Assembly: GCF_020745735.1 (NCBI RefSeq)
Contig: NC_083408.1
Location: forward strand, 32,766,484-32,830,483
Length of the DNA: 64,000 bases
Source: Hemiscyllium ocellatum
Lineage: Eukaryota
Direction of reading: 5' to 3'
The number at the start of each line of letters is the position of its first letter. Positions within the stretch are counted from its first letter, which is position 1. Shown here in pieces: positions 1 to 13,026 of the stretch. Both the position numbers and the translations under genes were made by a program. A model generated the notes under the pieces. That model did no database searches, had not been told where the DNA came from, and saw only the letters and a list, made by a program, of their open reading frames with translations.

Positions 1-290
1 CCAGATCAGAAGTGGCTATCACGAGTTGATAATTTTAAAGGCGAGTTGAGGAAGGTTTAGAGGAAATGTCAAAGGTTGGTTCTTTTCAGTGTTGGGTGTA
101 TGGAATGCACTGCCAACCATGGTAGTAGAGTCAGATACATTAATGACATTTAAGTGACTCTTGGATAGTCACAGGGATGATAGTAAAAGAAGGGTATGTA
201 GGTTTGTTTGTTGTTAGAGTAGGATAAAAGGTTGGCACAACATCGAGGGCCGAAGAGCCTGTATTGTGTTGTACAGTTCTATGTTCTGAA
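1..290 (+). mobile_element. CR1 LINE 3' end fragment
   Basis: Typical CR1 3' sequence (..GTATGGAATGCACTGCCA..GGGCCGAAGAGCCTGT..TTCTATGTTCT tail). Confidence 0.75.
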
Positions 291-519
291 TGGCCTACAT
301 CTACTCCTACGTCTTATCATCTAACTGCTTTTGAGATGCTGACTAGTTCGAATTCTAGAGCACACAACTCCCGTTCAGGGACTGAGAAAGTGAATGAGTT
401 TGATGTTAAAACACTTAAATCCTGGTCAATTGATAAAGCAATGGGTTAAAATTAAAGTGGAATGATAGTCCCAGTGGTGGAAGATTGAAAGTTTAAGCAA
501 AGAAATTTCTCATCAGAAT

Positions 520-1335
520 CCTAACTGATCATCCTCTTATCCTCAGATCATATTCTCACAATCTAAACTCCCCTACCTGGAGAGAAACCTTTTAGTGTAT
601 ACCCCTAGTGTCATGACTCTTCAGACTATTCTATGTCTCAATGAAATCAACTTGAATTATTTTAAACTCCACTAAACATATACCCAATGTACTCAGCTTC
701 TCAATTTAGGACAATTTTTTTCATCCCAGAACCAATAAGGAAAACAATTTTATGAGCAAATTACTGCAGATACTGGAATCTGTACTGAAAACAAATGCTG
801 GAGATCACAGTGGGTCAGACAGCATTATTGGAGAGACAGTAAGCTAACATTTCGAGTGCTCTTACAAAAGGTTAGCTTTCTCTCTCCCTATGGATGGTTG
901 TCTGATCCAGTGTGATCTCCAGCATGTGATTCCAATATAGCGAACCTTTGCTGGACTGCCTCTGACACAAATATATCTGAAGTCTAAAACCATGCACAAA
1001 TCTCTACGTGTGGGCCTCAAAGTTTGACACTACTGTAGCAAAATCTTAATTCCTCCACTGAAACCTCATTACAACAATGTTATGCCATATGTCTTCCCAG
1101 CTGCTTGTATTATCTACATGGTAACCTTCTGTGTACCTTGTACAAGTTCATCCTTGTGAATATCAACTTTTCCCAAGTTTCAGACTTTTTAAACAAAAAT
1201 ATTCTGCTTTTATATGCTTACTACCAAAAGGAATATTTTTGCATATCTACATATTATATTTCATCTGCTATCTTGTCGCTCACTGATCTACCCTGTCTAA
1301 TCTTTGTAACCATTGTCACCCTCACAACTTATGTT
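520..1335 (-). mobile_element. Decayed CR1 LINE fragment, interrupted by a PLE palindrome
   Basis: Degenerate similarity to the other minus-strand CR1 copies (13027-14680, 56865-57950). Confidence 0.55.
753..925. mobile_element. Fold-back Penelope-terminus element
   Basis: Arms ATGCTGGAGATCACA..AAGCTAAC and GTTAGCTT..TGTGATCTCCAGCAT, plus an unpaired left tail of about 40 nt (ACTGCAGATACTGGAA). Confidence 0.65.
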
Positions 1336-2007
1336 CTTACAACTTACAGACAATCTGTTAATGGTGAGGCAAGTGAAGAGCAATCTGAAGTAGTGTTGTG
1401 TCAGCACAAAAAACAAACTCATAGCTCTTTGGAACTCAAAGAAAAATTACTGTAAAGCTACAGATTGTGGACTAAGGTTCAAAAGAACAATTAGGGAGTA
1501 CCAAGGTGGGAGATAAGCAAGAGGAGGGGTGGAAGTTGAAAATATAGTCCTGATCCTTTGATGGCTGAAGTACAAATGGGGGTTGGGTGGGGTGAATGGA
1601 GAATGAAGGACTGTGGGAATCAGAAACGTAGTCATAAGGAGGCCAGTAAGAACAGAAAGCTAGACAAAAGCATATTACTGTGGATGTTGAAAACCTGAAA
1701 TAAAGACAGAAAACGCTGGATAGGTTAGGGGACAGGGGTGAGGAACTTAGAACTGGTGGTACTTCATCAGAAGTGGTGAAAGTGAGACAAGTAAAGAGAC
1801 AAAATGTGCACTGAAAGGAGATATCAATACAGAATAACAACTGTCTGAAACCAAAATAAAAGTGAAAAATGAGTAAAATTTAAATCTCTAATGAAAATCG
1901 AAATAAAATGGAGAGATTTTAAAGTCTGAAAATGTTAAGCCTAGAAAGCTATAAACTGCCTAACTGAAATGCTGTTCCACAAGCTTATGTTGAACTTCAT
2001 TGGAATA

Positions 2008-2225
2008 CTGGTCATTCTGCTATAACGCACATTTCATTAATGCAAATTTGTTGTAACATGATTGACGAATTGGGGATACAGTTTCTAAAGTGTTAACTTT
2101 TAAAACATGTGTTGCCTGCAACTCGATTGCATCACCAACACTTTATGCACAGTTTCTAAAGCCCAATTTTTCAATAATGTGGGGTTGCACAGAACACAAC
2201 CATCGTGTTATAGAAGAAATACCTG
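2008..2225. mobile_element. MITE (Tc1/mariner-pogo, MER6-like) with terminal inverted repeats
   Basis: TA|CTGGTCATTCTGCTATAACGC ... GTGTTATAGAAGAAATACCTG|CA. It sits inside a decayed PLE remnant. Confidence 0.6.
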
Positions 2226-3800
2226 CATTACACACATTTGAGGTCAGAGAAGTTAGTATGAGAGCAAGACAGAAAATTAAAACAGTAAACAATCAGAAAG
2301 TTCAGAGAGGGAATCGAGAAATACCTAAAAAACCTTTCCTGAATTACCCTAAGTAGCATGAAAAAGTGGAGGACAAAGAAAGCAAGTGGTAGGCCAGAGT
2401 GGGTTCATAACGGCAATAAACTATCTAAAACAGACAACCTCCAGCGTCTACACATGCACATGGATTCTGCTACGCCACTGCATCCTGTGAGTAGTCTTTG
2501 CAAATACAATCAAGACAGATTCACTGATTTGACAAGAACCTTTCACACCATTCTTGAAGAAACCATTGAAAATACTAATCATTGGTGAATGAGATGGAGC
2601 TACATCTTTAAACACATACCCAGTCATAATTTATGAATACCTTTTCTATCCTTCCCAAATTAAAAGTGTAAAAATAGAATACCACTATTTGAACAGGAGA
2701 CTTCATAAATTTTTAAAGTTTGATTTTTCACATCTTATGTCCAATCTTAATTTCTTCTCTGTAAAACTAAGAAATCCAATTGATACACAGTTTCTCAATT
2801 GCTTTATGAATTTTTCAATCTGATTGGCTGCTCAACTTACTTGATGATACTGCACTATGCCCAGAAACCATTATTCCCTTATTTTAACCTCAAATTGAAA
2901 TTCAAATTGGAATATGGGCAAATCAAAAACACTCTTGATCTCTTGAAATCTTTGTAAACAGTATTCTTCAAGGACAGTATTGACTGCCATGCCTTCACCA
3001 CTGCCTGCAAGATCTGATGCACAGTCTTGATTCAATAAATTAGATCTTTAAGTGAATAAAGAGAGGACTGTTCCAATCGACACATTTCTGATTTAAGGGC
3101 ACATAAAAAAACTGTAATAATTCAGTCTCCCATCTCCCATTCAGAGGACAAAAACACAAAGCTGAAGCATGGGAGTTCTTGAAGCGGCAGATAGATAACG
3201 AATTGGTTAAATTTCTGAAGAGAAGAATTTTGACTTTTGAACAGTTCCAGCGCAACAGCCATATTTTATTTCAGGGAGGAACATGATTTTAGATATATTT
3301 AAATAAGGTAAGACAATATGAACACTATGAGAAATCACGTAGTGATTAGATATGGTTTCAATGAAGACAGTTCTTGGATGAGGCAGAATCTCCAAAGATT
3401 ACACAATCAAGAGATGACCATGAGGAGTACGCACTGTGAAAGCAGAAAGTAAGCTAAACAAAATATTTCATGTCCCCTTTTAAAGAAAAGTTGAAATTAC
3501 CAGTGGTACAATCTTCTTGAACAAAACTAGTTGTTTCCAGAAGACTTGAAGGACCATAGACAAATCAAGTTAATACTGGGAAGTACTGAAATAGCAAGAA
3601 AACATTGAACAAATTGATTCCCTGGCCTGCAAGAATTAACTTGGAGCACCAGAGTTACCAAGCACTTATTGCATTGTTTTCAAATGAAAAAGATAAAGTG
3701 CTCAACAAAAGTATACAAGTTATTTCAAGTATTCCCACAGTAATGTTGAGAATCTGCCACACATTTCTTAAAAGTGTATAAATGGTTCAATTCTGGTTTT

Positions 3801-4552
3801 AAGTTTGCTTACTGAGCTGGTAGGTTTGTTTTCAGACGTTTCATTACCATGCTACGTGACACAATCAGTGAGCCTCCAGTGATGTGCTGGTGTTCTGTCC
3901 CACTTTCTATTTGTGTCTCTTAAAGGTGGGTTATATCATTTCTGGTTCTTTTTCTCAGAGGTTGGTAAATGGGATCCAAATCAGTGTGTTTATTGATGGA
4001 GTTCCAGTTTGAAAGCTAGGCCTCTAGGAATTTCAGTGCGTGCTTCTGTTTAGCCTAACCTAGGATGGATGTGTTGTCTTTCTTCGTCTGGATGTAACGA
4101 TACTAATGATCGTGGGTCATGTCATTTGGTGGCTAGTTGGCATTCACAGGCTACATGTACACCAACTGGCCATCAAAAGACATGACCCACTATGATCCTT
4201 ACGTACAGACGAAGAAGGACACCACTTCAACAGAGACAACACATCAATCCTAGGACAGCTAAACAGAGACACGCACGGGAATTCCTAGAGGCCTAGCTTT
4301 CAAACTGGAACTCCATTGATAAAAACAATTGATTTGGACCTCATTTACTAACCTCTGAGAAAAAGGAACTGGAAATGATATCACCCACCTTAATAGACCA
4401 AAGGCATACAAATGGAAAACAGGACAAAACACTAGTGCTTCACCAGAGGCTCACTGAGAATGTTAACTAACATGGTGACGAAACATCTGAAAACAAACCT
4501 GCCAGTTCAGTGAGCAAACTTAGATCCTGTACCTCAACCTGAGCTACAAATC
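3801..4552. mobile_element. Large inverted-repeat Penelope (Poseidon-type) 3' fragment with GIY-YIG C-terminus and decayed hammerhead cores
   Basis: Arms 3801-4140 and 4162-4522. The right arm translates as HQLAIKRHDPL..TDEEGHHFNRDNTSILGQ..KQRHAREFLEA. Contains TCA-CTGA..GAAAC(G/A)TC-TGA motifs. Confidence 0.8.
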
Positions 4553-5989
4553 ATTAAAATCACAAGCAGTTAATTACATGAAGGTGGAGGACATTAACTG
4601 GAGTTTCACAATTAGTTATTTTGTTTCAAATACTTATACTGAAATTATGGAATAGTACTGTTAGAAGGTTCACTCTTGTAATGTTTCACTTTGTAAAATG
4701 CAAGACTGGGTAAAAGTTGGCTCCATACTATCCTTCAACAACTAACTTTCCAGAATAGAATAATGTGAATCTACAAAGAGTACTACATATGTAAAGTGGT
4801 CACCAAATATCACTGGCAGGTAATATATTTAGTTTTACATTGTACTGTTTGCTAGTCTCTTTAGTTAGAATACATAAAAATTGTTTATTGCAATAAACAA
4901 TTATTTCCTTTCTGAAATAGTTTTTTATTCTACGCTGTTGCATCCAAATGTAGATGCAGTACTCCCTATGAAAAGTTGAAAAACTGTCAGGCAAAACTTC
5001 AGACACATGACATGTGATCTTATTCACCTACCAATCAAGAGATGATGAGCCAATTTCAAAGACCTAGAATTCACTAGTCTTGAAAACTGAAATTAAGTGC
5101 CACTGTCTCAAGTGAAGGCAACCTAGGTTGAAGGAAAATTACTAGGTCAAACATATGTAAGATAAGCTTGCTTAACACAGGATTCAAATTCCATGAGTGC
5201 TGCTTGTCAAAAAGCTTAAAAAAAAACTTTCTAGGCACCCTTCATGAATTGGGACAACAGTATTCAACTAAACATTCTGATGAGGCAGGGCCACAGGTTA
5301 TAACAAAATATACAGGAGCTGACAGACAAACCACACTGCTTATGAGCCACTCTGTTTCGACTTTATTCAATTTCTTTAAAGACAGTGATGCCTTGTGCTA
5401 TTTCTAGCTACTAATAAGCAACAAATTCAACTGTGGTAAGACCACCTCAGACTAACAACTGCTTAGCACAATATACCAAACACAGCAATTTCAATGTTCT
5501 GAAACTAAAGTTAAAGATAGATGGCTGCAGTTTAACAGATAACCGTCCTGAAAACAAACACAGTAACTTTGAAATAGGCTACATCTGCTATCAATTACAG
5601 TGACTGACATCTCACACACCAAGCAATACTGCCTTTTTCAAATCTGCCACATATTGGTCTTGCACTCTATTAAATGGCTTATCCTTTTGTTAAACATTGC
5701 CAGCTAACCTTCATGATAGTGCCGAGAAACATAATGGGTGTATGGCGATTTAATAGCCCAATGGACTGACACACTATCCTTTCTCACGCTGAAATCCCGT
5801 GATGTCATGGAGAACCATACCTTCTGCCTTGCCACGGGCCTAGCAAAACAAGCTGAGAACTCCAAAATCTACTTTGGAACAGGAATACATGCAGATTAAA
5901 ATAATTTAGAATGATGATTTACAAAGCCACAAAATCCAGATTGAAACTGGAACTGTCACACTATTATAATGGAGGTACTTTGAGGTCAG

Positions 5990-6120
5990 AAATAAAAACA
6001 GAAATAGTTTCTGAAAAAGGGTCACTGGACTCTCCATAGATGCTGCTAGACCTGCTGAGTTTCTCCAGCAATTTCGGTTCGTGTTTCTGATTTCCAGCAT
6101 TCAGAGTTATTTGGTTTTTT
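5990..6120. mobile_element. PLE terminus remnant
   Basis: GATGCTGCTAGACCTGCTGAGTTTCTCCAGCAATTTC..TTTCCAGCAT, shared with copies at 11077, 25283, 41810 and 49010. Confidence 0.6.
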
Positions 6121-6463
6121 TAAGTACTTTGTGTTTGGTTTGGGACAGTGTTGATGCACTTTTAAGCTATTTGTTATTCTCATGGACATGTTTGGCAGAG
6201 AGATAGACTAAGGGAGGTTTTTTTCATGTTGGTAAGTACAAATTACGTTGAAGCAAAGAAAAAGCAAATTATCTGAATATTACAGACATTAAGCAGCTAC
6301 TTAAGCATCAGGACAATAAGAACTTCCTTTAAAAAAAGTCAGTTTTTTTGGTGCCTGTATCAAAATGACAGGGGACATGGTGCTGTCATGAGATAGACAG
6401 CTTTGAACAAGTTAATGTTAAAATAAAAATCTGACTTGTTGTTCTTTCAAAGCCTTTGCTTAC

Positions 6464-7566
6464 CTTTCAGTTGATCTTTTCTGCCTCATGCCCATTCTTG
6501 AATCAATTTCACTGGCTTCTGGTATCTCGGTTTCAAAGCACCCTTCCTCTTCATCAGTGTTGTACAATTCCTCATCAAAACTTGTAGCTGGAGATGCACA
6601 AATGTCACCTTGCATTTTCATGTGCCTGGAATGCATTTCAGATTGCTCCTCACTTTTAATTTTGATGTGTTTACTGGAGTCCAAAACTGCACTTCGGGAA
6701 GAAGCAGAATCATCACTGCAACCGCCATCTGTTGACTCATTGCTTCGGGATCTCAATTCCCGCATGGGCCTACTGTTCAGCCCATCATCCCGAAAGCCCT
6801 TTGCAAATGGATTGAAGTCAATCTTCAGTTGTGTGATCTTTAAGTTCTGATAGGCAGTCACGGCCACAAACTCGGTCTGTGGGAAAGTGAAGGTGAGTAC
6901 ATTCGGGCCATTGAGAGGAATTACATCAGTGGGTTTGTCAGTAGGGATAACATGCAAGCGTGGCAGGTACCGATGCATGGAATGTAGGATTATATGACCT
7001 TCCTGGTCTAGAGTATTGTTGGTAAGTTTCAATTTGTAAAAGGAGATAGGCTGCCTCATCCAGTAGCTTCCACTGGAAGGTGAATTGGGATGAATGTACA
7101 CTCTGCCAAGTACATGTGGTTCCGCTTTGCCATTTACTTCCCACCAACGCCCATTCCACTTGTAGCGATGGTTGTCAACAGGAGCAATGTCCATCACGAG
7201 AATGTACTTCCGTGAAGAATCAAGCCCCGAGATGCAGAATTTACAATTAGGAAACATGCGCCGGCCATGCTTTGTTAAGATCATCTCTGTGCCACGTTTG
7301 TAAAACTGACTCCACATCTCCTGGTTCTCCAACGTGACACAGACATTTCCAGAGCGGCATTCGAATGGGTGGTGAACATTTCCTGGTCCCAATTTGTTTC
7401 TTTTTTCTAGGACACCCCCAAGTTCTTGTTTAGCCACCAACATACTACGCTCAGTGCCGCCACTGCCAGGTGCCTGCTTGAGAATGACAAAGTATGCAGC
7501 AGGAGTGCCTGAGTTTGAGGTGGTGTTGGTCTCCTGTTTTGCATATACTAATTGCTGTTTCTCCAT
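6464..7566 (-). CDS. MGA: MGA (MAX gene-associated protein), first coding exon containing the complete T-box domain; the gene continues beyond the window start
   Basis: ORF 6460..7590 reads MEKQQLVYAKQE..YFVILKQ..VTLENQEMWSQFYKRGTEMILTKHGRRMFP..RYKWNGRWW..GKAEPHVLGRVYIHP..KLTNNTLDQEGHIILHSMHRYLPRLH..FPQTEFVAVTAYQNLKITQLKIDFNPFAKGFRDDGLN. This matches the MGA N-terminus, and a T-box encoded in a single exon is typical of MGA. Donor AAG|GTAAGC at 6464/6463 (phase 2). Likely acceptor TTTGTTTGTATCTTACAG| with the exon starting at 7664. An alternative in-frame ATG lies at 7590. Confidence 0.96.
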
Positions 7567-8649
7567 ATTGTTTTGGAGTTCAAAGCTCATCCGAGATAGA
7601 ACAAGAGAGAGAGAGAGAAAAACAGATATCCAAACCTGTTGTCAAGAGAGGCCCATCTACCACCCTGTAAGATACAAACAAAAATATTTATAGTGTCAAA
7701 TAAAATTCCATCAGGAATCATTCCTAACTTCTCCGTATCCATTGGCGGCCGTTCAGAATCCCACGTTTCCAAAGAACTCAAACTCTCAGTTCAAGTTAAC
7801 ATGCATCAGTTGCCATACAGTGAATCTTGATACTAAGATCAAGAAAGTTTCCAAGAAAGATGTGAAAAGTTATGTCGTTGTATGTTCCCTGCATGTTCTT
7901 TGGTTGAATCCATTTTTCTGATCTGGATCATCCCCAATTAGGGTTCCTGTTGTCTATCGGATCCATACAGCAGGCTGTCAGATGCACAATATTTAAAAAT
8001 TCCCCAGTGTGCTCTTTGAACCATGATAAGCAATGTGTGGCAAAACAGAAATAAACAGATACAAGCCCATTGCGCTGAAAAGTCAGATAGAAGTCAACAA
8101 GTAAATGTTGAACATCAGCTAGTCTAAAAGGCCTGTACTAGTGAATAACTTGGAAAGATGTCAGAAACTAGGAATTCCTGGCAGACTTATCATTTCTTCC
8201 TGCTCCTGCCCCACTAGATTTACTCCTTCTGAATTAGACTGTTTTTCCTTGCCCAGTTTCTTCCCACATATATTTGAGATTTTTCTGATACCCTACAACA
8301 TGTTTCCAATAGTTTTCTGGTCCTAACCATCTCCTCTTCAGTGAAAATCCAATCACTCTACATTCCTATCCCTACAATGTAGTTTGAGGGCTCTGATTCT
8401 TCCTGGTATGGAGACCTGATCTGTGCAGATTCACCACTTTGCCTAGCTGAGCCTGTTCTCACAAACAATGTCTCCTCTAATTTATCTCACTCTCTCCAAA
8501 TAAAAGCAGGGCCTTGGATACATTGGTGGGCCCCCTGAAATAAGCCCACCTTTTTGTGGTGTTTGTAGAACATTCTTTATCACTATCCTACTTGGGTCCC
8601 CTTCCACAACTCTCTTCACCAGTAAGTCAAAGACTGAATTGGTGCCACT

Positions 8650-9810
8650 TCCTGCTCTTGGCCGGAACTGGCAAAAAAAAATCAATTCTGCTTCTAATTT
8701 CCACTCTTTTATTGCCTTCACTTAGTTCATCTTAGACTCTTCCCTTCCTTGGTGCCAAGCATAAACTGTTCACTTGTATTCAGTTCAAACCCACTGACAT
8801 CCACAGCTACCTTGCTACACCTCTGCACACCTGGCTTCCCGAAGGAACTCCACTCCGCTCACTATTGCATCTGCTGCAATTATACTACATTCCACATTTG
8901 TGCTTCTATCATATATTTCTTTTTCCTGAACAAAGGATCTCCCTTACTGAGAATAATAAGGCCTTCCACTATGCCTGAACTGTTTACAGCATGTTTGCCT
9001 TCACCCATTCTGTACTTGACCTCAATTTTCAGTCTCCATATCTAAAAGGATCATCTTCTGTCATTTCCACCATGATTAATATGAAGTCACCATTAAAAGC
9101 AACTTTCTCCCTCCAGTCAACAATCTGAAAGGACCATTCCTTTCATGACAACATGGTTCACTTCTCTTCATCCCAACACTTCATACCCCTGTCACAACCT
9201 TTCCATACACAATCGCAGGAGGTGTACTACATGCCCCTTTACTTCCTCGCTCTTCACTGTCCAAAGCCTCAAAGAGTCCTTCCAGGTGAGGATATTGTAT
9301 TCATTGCTCACAATATGTTCTCCTCTACATTGTGGAGACCAAACATTGATTAGGTGACTGCTTCACAAAACACCCATTCAATTTTCAAGCATGACCCCAA
9401 TTTCTGGTCACCTTCCATTTTCATTCACCATCTTGCTTTTGTGTTGTAATTTCTGACATAGGTCGAATGCAGTGGAGCCCAATAAAAGCTGAGGAACAGT
9501 ACTATTTTCAACTTAGGCAGTTTATAGCCTTCTGGATTCTATAGACAGTGCAACAACTTCATTAACCTCTGACCTGTTTTACTGCCCCACCATTACTCCT
9601 TTTGAGACATTTATGCTCGCCAATCTTGCTCATCCTCCAATTTTCACTTCTATTCTGCTTGCGCCTCTCCATCTTTTTCTACAGTATAAACCATATCAGT
9701 TTTCCATTTTCTCTTCAGTTCCAAAGTAGTCATAATTTACTCAAAAAATTCACTCAGTTTCTTTCTACAGGTGCTGCTGCACTGGTAAGTTACTCCAGAA
9801 CAAAGTGATT
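8650..9810 (+). mobile_element. Highly decayed Penelope RT/GIY-YIG fragment
   Basis: Degenerate homology to the 25875-26837 ORF (KPTD.HSYL, CTTCPFTSSL, EDIV..CGDQ regions). Confidence 0.6.
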
Positions 9811-10774
9811 GCCAAGTCCATCAAAATGGTGTAATTTATATATCTCGGTAAGTCATCTCTCCAATATGGCTTACTTTAAAGAGCGTACACTATTCGCCAG
9901 TATCTGAAAAGATATTAGTCAAAATTGTGTTTATTACTTTCTAACCCTGAGCCAAATTAGATTCTCCATTCACATTTCAGGTTGCTAGTAAGTAGTGGTG
10001 CAGCACCTGAACTCAGGCTGATAACAAAACAATCTAAGACTCTCAAATGTGCACAGTGGCCTAATAGCATGTACCAAAGCCTAACCTCAATGACCATTAA
10101 AACATAGCTACACAGAGATTATGTTTGATACTCAATGAATATCACCTGATTCAATGTTTCAAAGTGATAAAACTTGCTGAAGACAAATCAATACAGGTAT
10201 ATGAAGAATTTCAACCACACCAGTCAAACTCTAAGTATCACAAAAGTTACGCAATTCTCTACCCACTTTCCAAACGTTTCATCTGAAATGTTAACTCAAA
10301 TATACACAACATAGGTACCAGAAAGTTACAAATTGTAGCCTTGGCATGTTAACAGTACACACACCAATAAAATGCACAATAATGATCATTGCAAAACAGC
10401 TACAAATACAGTAAATTTTAAGTGGGCCAAGATCATCAATTTTGCAGTAAAATTATAAATTGTTTGAATGTCATACCTAACTCCATAATCTATGTTTTGT
10501 ATAACTATCTCAATTAGACATCAGTTTTTCATTCATAATCATCCAAATATGTTCAGAAACTGTTCAAACCTCTCAGATTCCAGCAAACTTCTCCGAGGCA
10601 CCCGTTATTCTATTTAAAAACGATCTAATTCCACCCCCCAATGTGCAACTCATCATAAATGTTTTCAGTAATATACAAATTAAAGATAAAATAAATTCAT
10701 GCAGTATCTTGCTGGTTATTTATTGTAAACTTAAATCAAACAGTGACAGCATATATAGTTTCTTCCAAATAAAT

Positions 10775-11064
10775 GGGCGGCACAGTGGTTAGCACTGATA
10801 CCCTCACAGCACCAGATTCAATTCCAGCCTCGGGTGACTGCCCGTGTGGAGTTTGCACATTCTCCTTGTGTCTGCGTGGGTTCCTCCAGGTGCTCCAGTT
10901 TCCTCTCACAGTCCAAAGATATGCAGGTCAGGTGAATTGCCCATGCTAAATTGCCCCATAGTGTTAGGTCAATTAGTCAGAGGGAAATGGGTCTGGGTGG
11001 ATTACTCTTCGGAGGGTCGGTGTGGACTGGTTGAGCCGAAGGGCCTGTTTCCACACTGTAGGGG
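10775..11064 (+). mobile_element. HE1-type tRNA-derived V-SINE
   Basis: GGGCGGCACAGTGGTTAGCAC head, V-domain GTGTGGAGTTTGCACATTCTCC..CAGTCCAAAGAT, CR1-like tail GGGCCTGTTTCCACACTGTAGGG. Confidence 0.85.
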
Positions 11065-11076
11065 GACCAGTGAACC

Positions 11077-11245
11077 ATCAGAAACAAAAAGCAGAAATTG
11101 CCAGAAAAACTCAACAGGTCTGACAGCATCTATTGAGAGAAATCAGTTAATGTTTCAGGTCCAGTGACTCTCCTTCAGACTTTTTTTTAAAATTCTCCAG
11201 ATGCTGCCAGACTTGCTGAGTTTCTCCAATAATTTCTGTTTTTGC
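11077..11245. mobile_element. Fold-back PLE-terminus element
   Basis: Arms CAAAAAGCAGAAATTG..CAGCATCT and AGATGCTGCC..AATTTCTGTTTTTG. Confidence 0.65.
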
Positions 11246-12189
11246 TTGCTTAAATTCTTAGGTTCGAAAGAGGAGAGAGGCAGAGACATTTTGGGACCCC
11301 GTTAGCTGTTAAGGCCTTGAAAGCTGAAGGCAAAGCTGCCAGTGGTGAAAACAATAAAATTACAAATATGCAAGAGACCACATGTGCTCCAGACTTGCCG
11401 AGTTTCTCCAGCAATTTCTCTTTTTGCGTATTTTATATCACCAGCATTCGCCATTGTTTTGTTCTATTTTAAGAATTTAAACACCCATGGTTTTCTCTCC
11501 TTCTATGGATTGATTTGTTTCTTTTTGTCTGATAAACATCCAATGCAGCACCTCAGAACATTTAAACATTAAAAGATGCTGCTGCACAAATACTAAGCTG
11601 TTGTTAAAAAGGTTAGTCTCCATTTAAGCTAAGAATTTACATTCAATTTTAATATTTATCCACAATGAGTATTGCAAGGATGCTTAGTAACAGAACATAA
11701 AACATGTATGATAATAAAATAAATCAGATTCTTGTTCACTTTCCAAACTATTAAGCATTGTTTTGAACACAAGCAAGTTTGAATTTTGTGATGTTATATT
11801 AAAAGAAAACCCTGCAACCAAAGTTTACTTATCTGCTACAACTAAGTCAAAGTATTTGTGTTATCTCAAAATATTGGGGCAATGTAATAAAAGTTACAAA
11901 GTAAATTGATAAACTTTAAAAGATCAGGTCTCAAATGTTGTTCCTCCACTGGCAGGTTGTTCTTGATTTTGATGCTGTGGGTCCTTCAAATGCTTACTTT
12001 TTTAAAAAAATCCAATGTTATATAGAAGCTCACAGCTTAGCCCAATCCTGTGTCTACAATGTCATAATTACCCAATGTACAATTCAGTCTCTAAGGTATT
12101 TAGTCCTGCTTGCGTCCAATCTGTGTAAATACAATTTACATATACCTGATTATTGACGGTCTAAAACCAATGAATCCTGATTCAGAGTC

Positions 12190-12720
12190 TGATTACCCTA
12201 TGCGGACCACAGGAAACGCATGGAGGGTACATTATCCCTCACGAGTAGGCTGTTTCAGCAGGCTCTGAAATCGGCAGGCATCATGTTGCGCTCGATTTAT
12301 CCTGTCTGGCACAGGTTTCGGTCGGATCCTGAAGGGCCCAATATCGGGCTGAACCAGGCGGTTACCGAAAAGACCGACTGGGTCGATGGCGGGTACTCTG
12401 CCGGGACACATTCAATCACCAACCCCGATATCCCCGTTTCCTCCCTACCACGTGAAGGGGAGTTGTTGCCGCCTCAGACCGCTTCAATCGAGCTCCCCGA
12501 TCTGATTTGGCGCCTTCTCCATTCATCTCGGCCCCCAAATCGGAGTTTTCAATACGCCCCCGGTCTTTGGACCTTTGATAGCCCGAATATACTCCACTGA
12601 TCCCTTCCGAGGACAGCGGAGACGGCGGGTGGGGGTGGGGGAGGAAACCGAGCAGCCCCGGACTGAGTGGCATTGTTTGTCGCTCAGAAAGTGAAGCAAC
12701 AGGGCGGTCTCAGAGACCAG
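12190..12720. promoter_or_regulatory. Small intronic CpG-rich island (possible alternative MGA promoter, exon or enhancer)
   Basis: Local CpG enrichment in non-repeat sequence, CACGTG near 12449, candidate minus-strand donor AGG|GTAATC near 12196. Confidence 0.45.
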
Positions 12721-13025
12721 AACATTCAACAACTCAAAATCCTGGGATCAGAGGCCAGAACATTCCACACCTAAAACTCTGGAGATCAGGGAACATCCCA
12801 CAACCCGAAATGTGGGGATTAAAGACCAGCGCATCCCGCATTCCGAAACCCTGGGGATCAAAGACCTGAACATCTCTCACCCCCAAATCCCGTGGATCAA
12901 AGACCAGAGCATTCCACACCCCAAAACCCGGGGATCAGTTACCCGATCATCTCACATGCTCAAAACATGCCTGAGAGTGGCGTGGAATGGGGGGAGAATC
13001 AGAGGCCAGAACGCCAAAATCCTGT
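12705..13025. repeat. Degenerate ~39-bp minisatellite, left block
   Basis: Unit approximately GGGATCAGAGRCCAGAACATYCCACAYCCCAAAACCYTG, about 8 copies. Confidence 0.8.
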
Positions 13026-13026
13026 G

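Noticed and set aside
6488-6850. Antisense ORF over MGA
   Set aside because: A shadow frame of the coding exon with no independent evidence.
10775-10840. tRNA gene
   Set aside because: This is the tRNA-derived head of an HE1 SINE with no complete cloverleaf. The same applies at about 44305 and 45933.
12705-13025. CRISPR-like periodicity
   Set aside because: The whole unit is degenerate with no unique spacers, and the context is vertebrate; it is a minisatellite.
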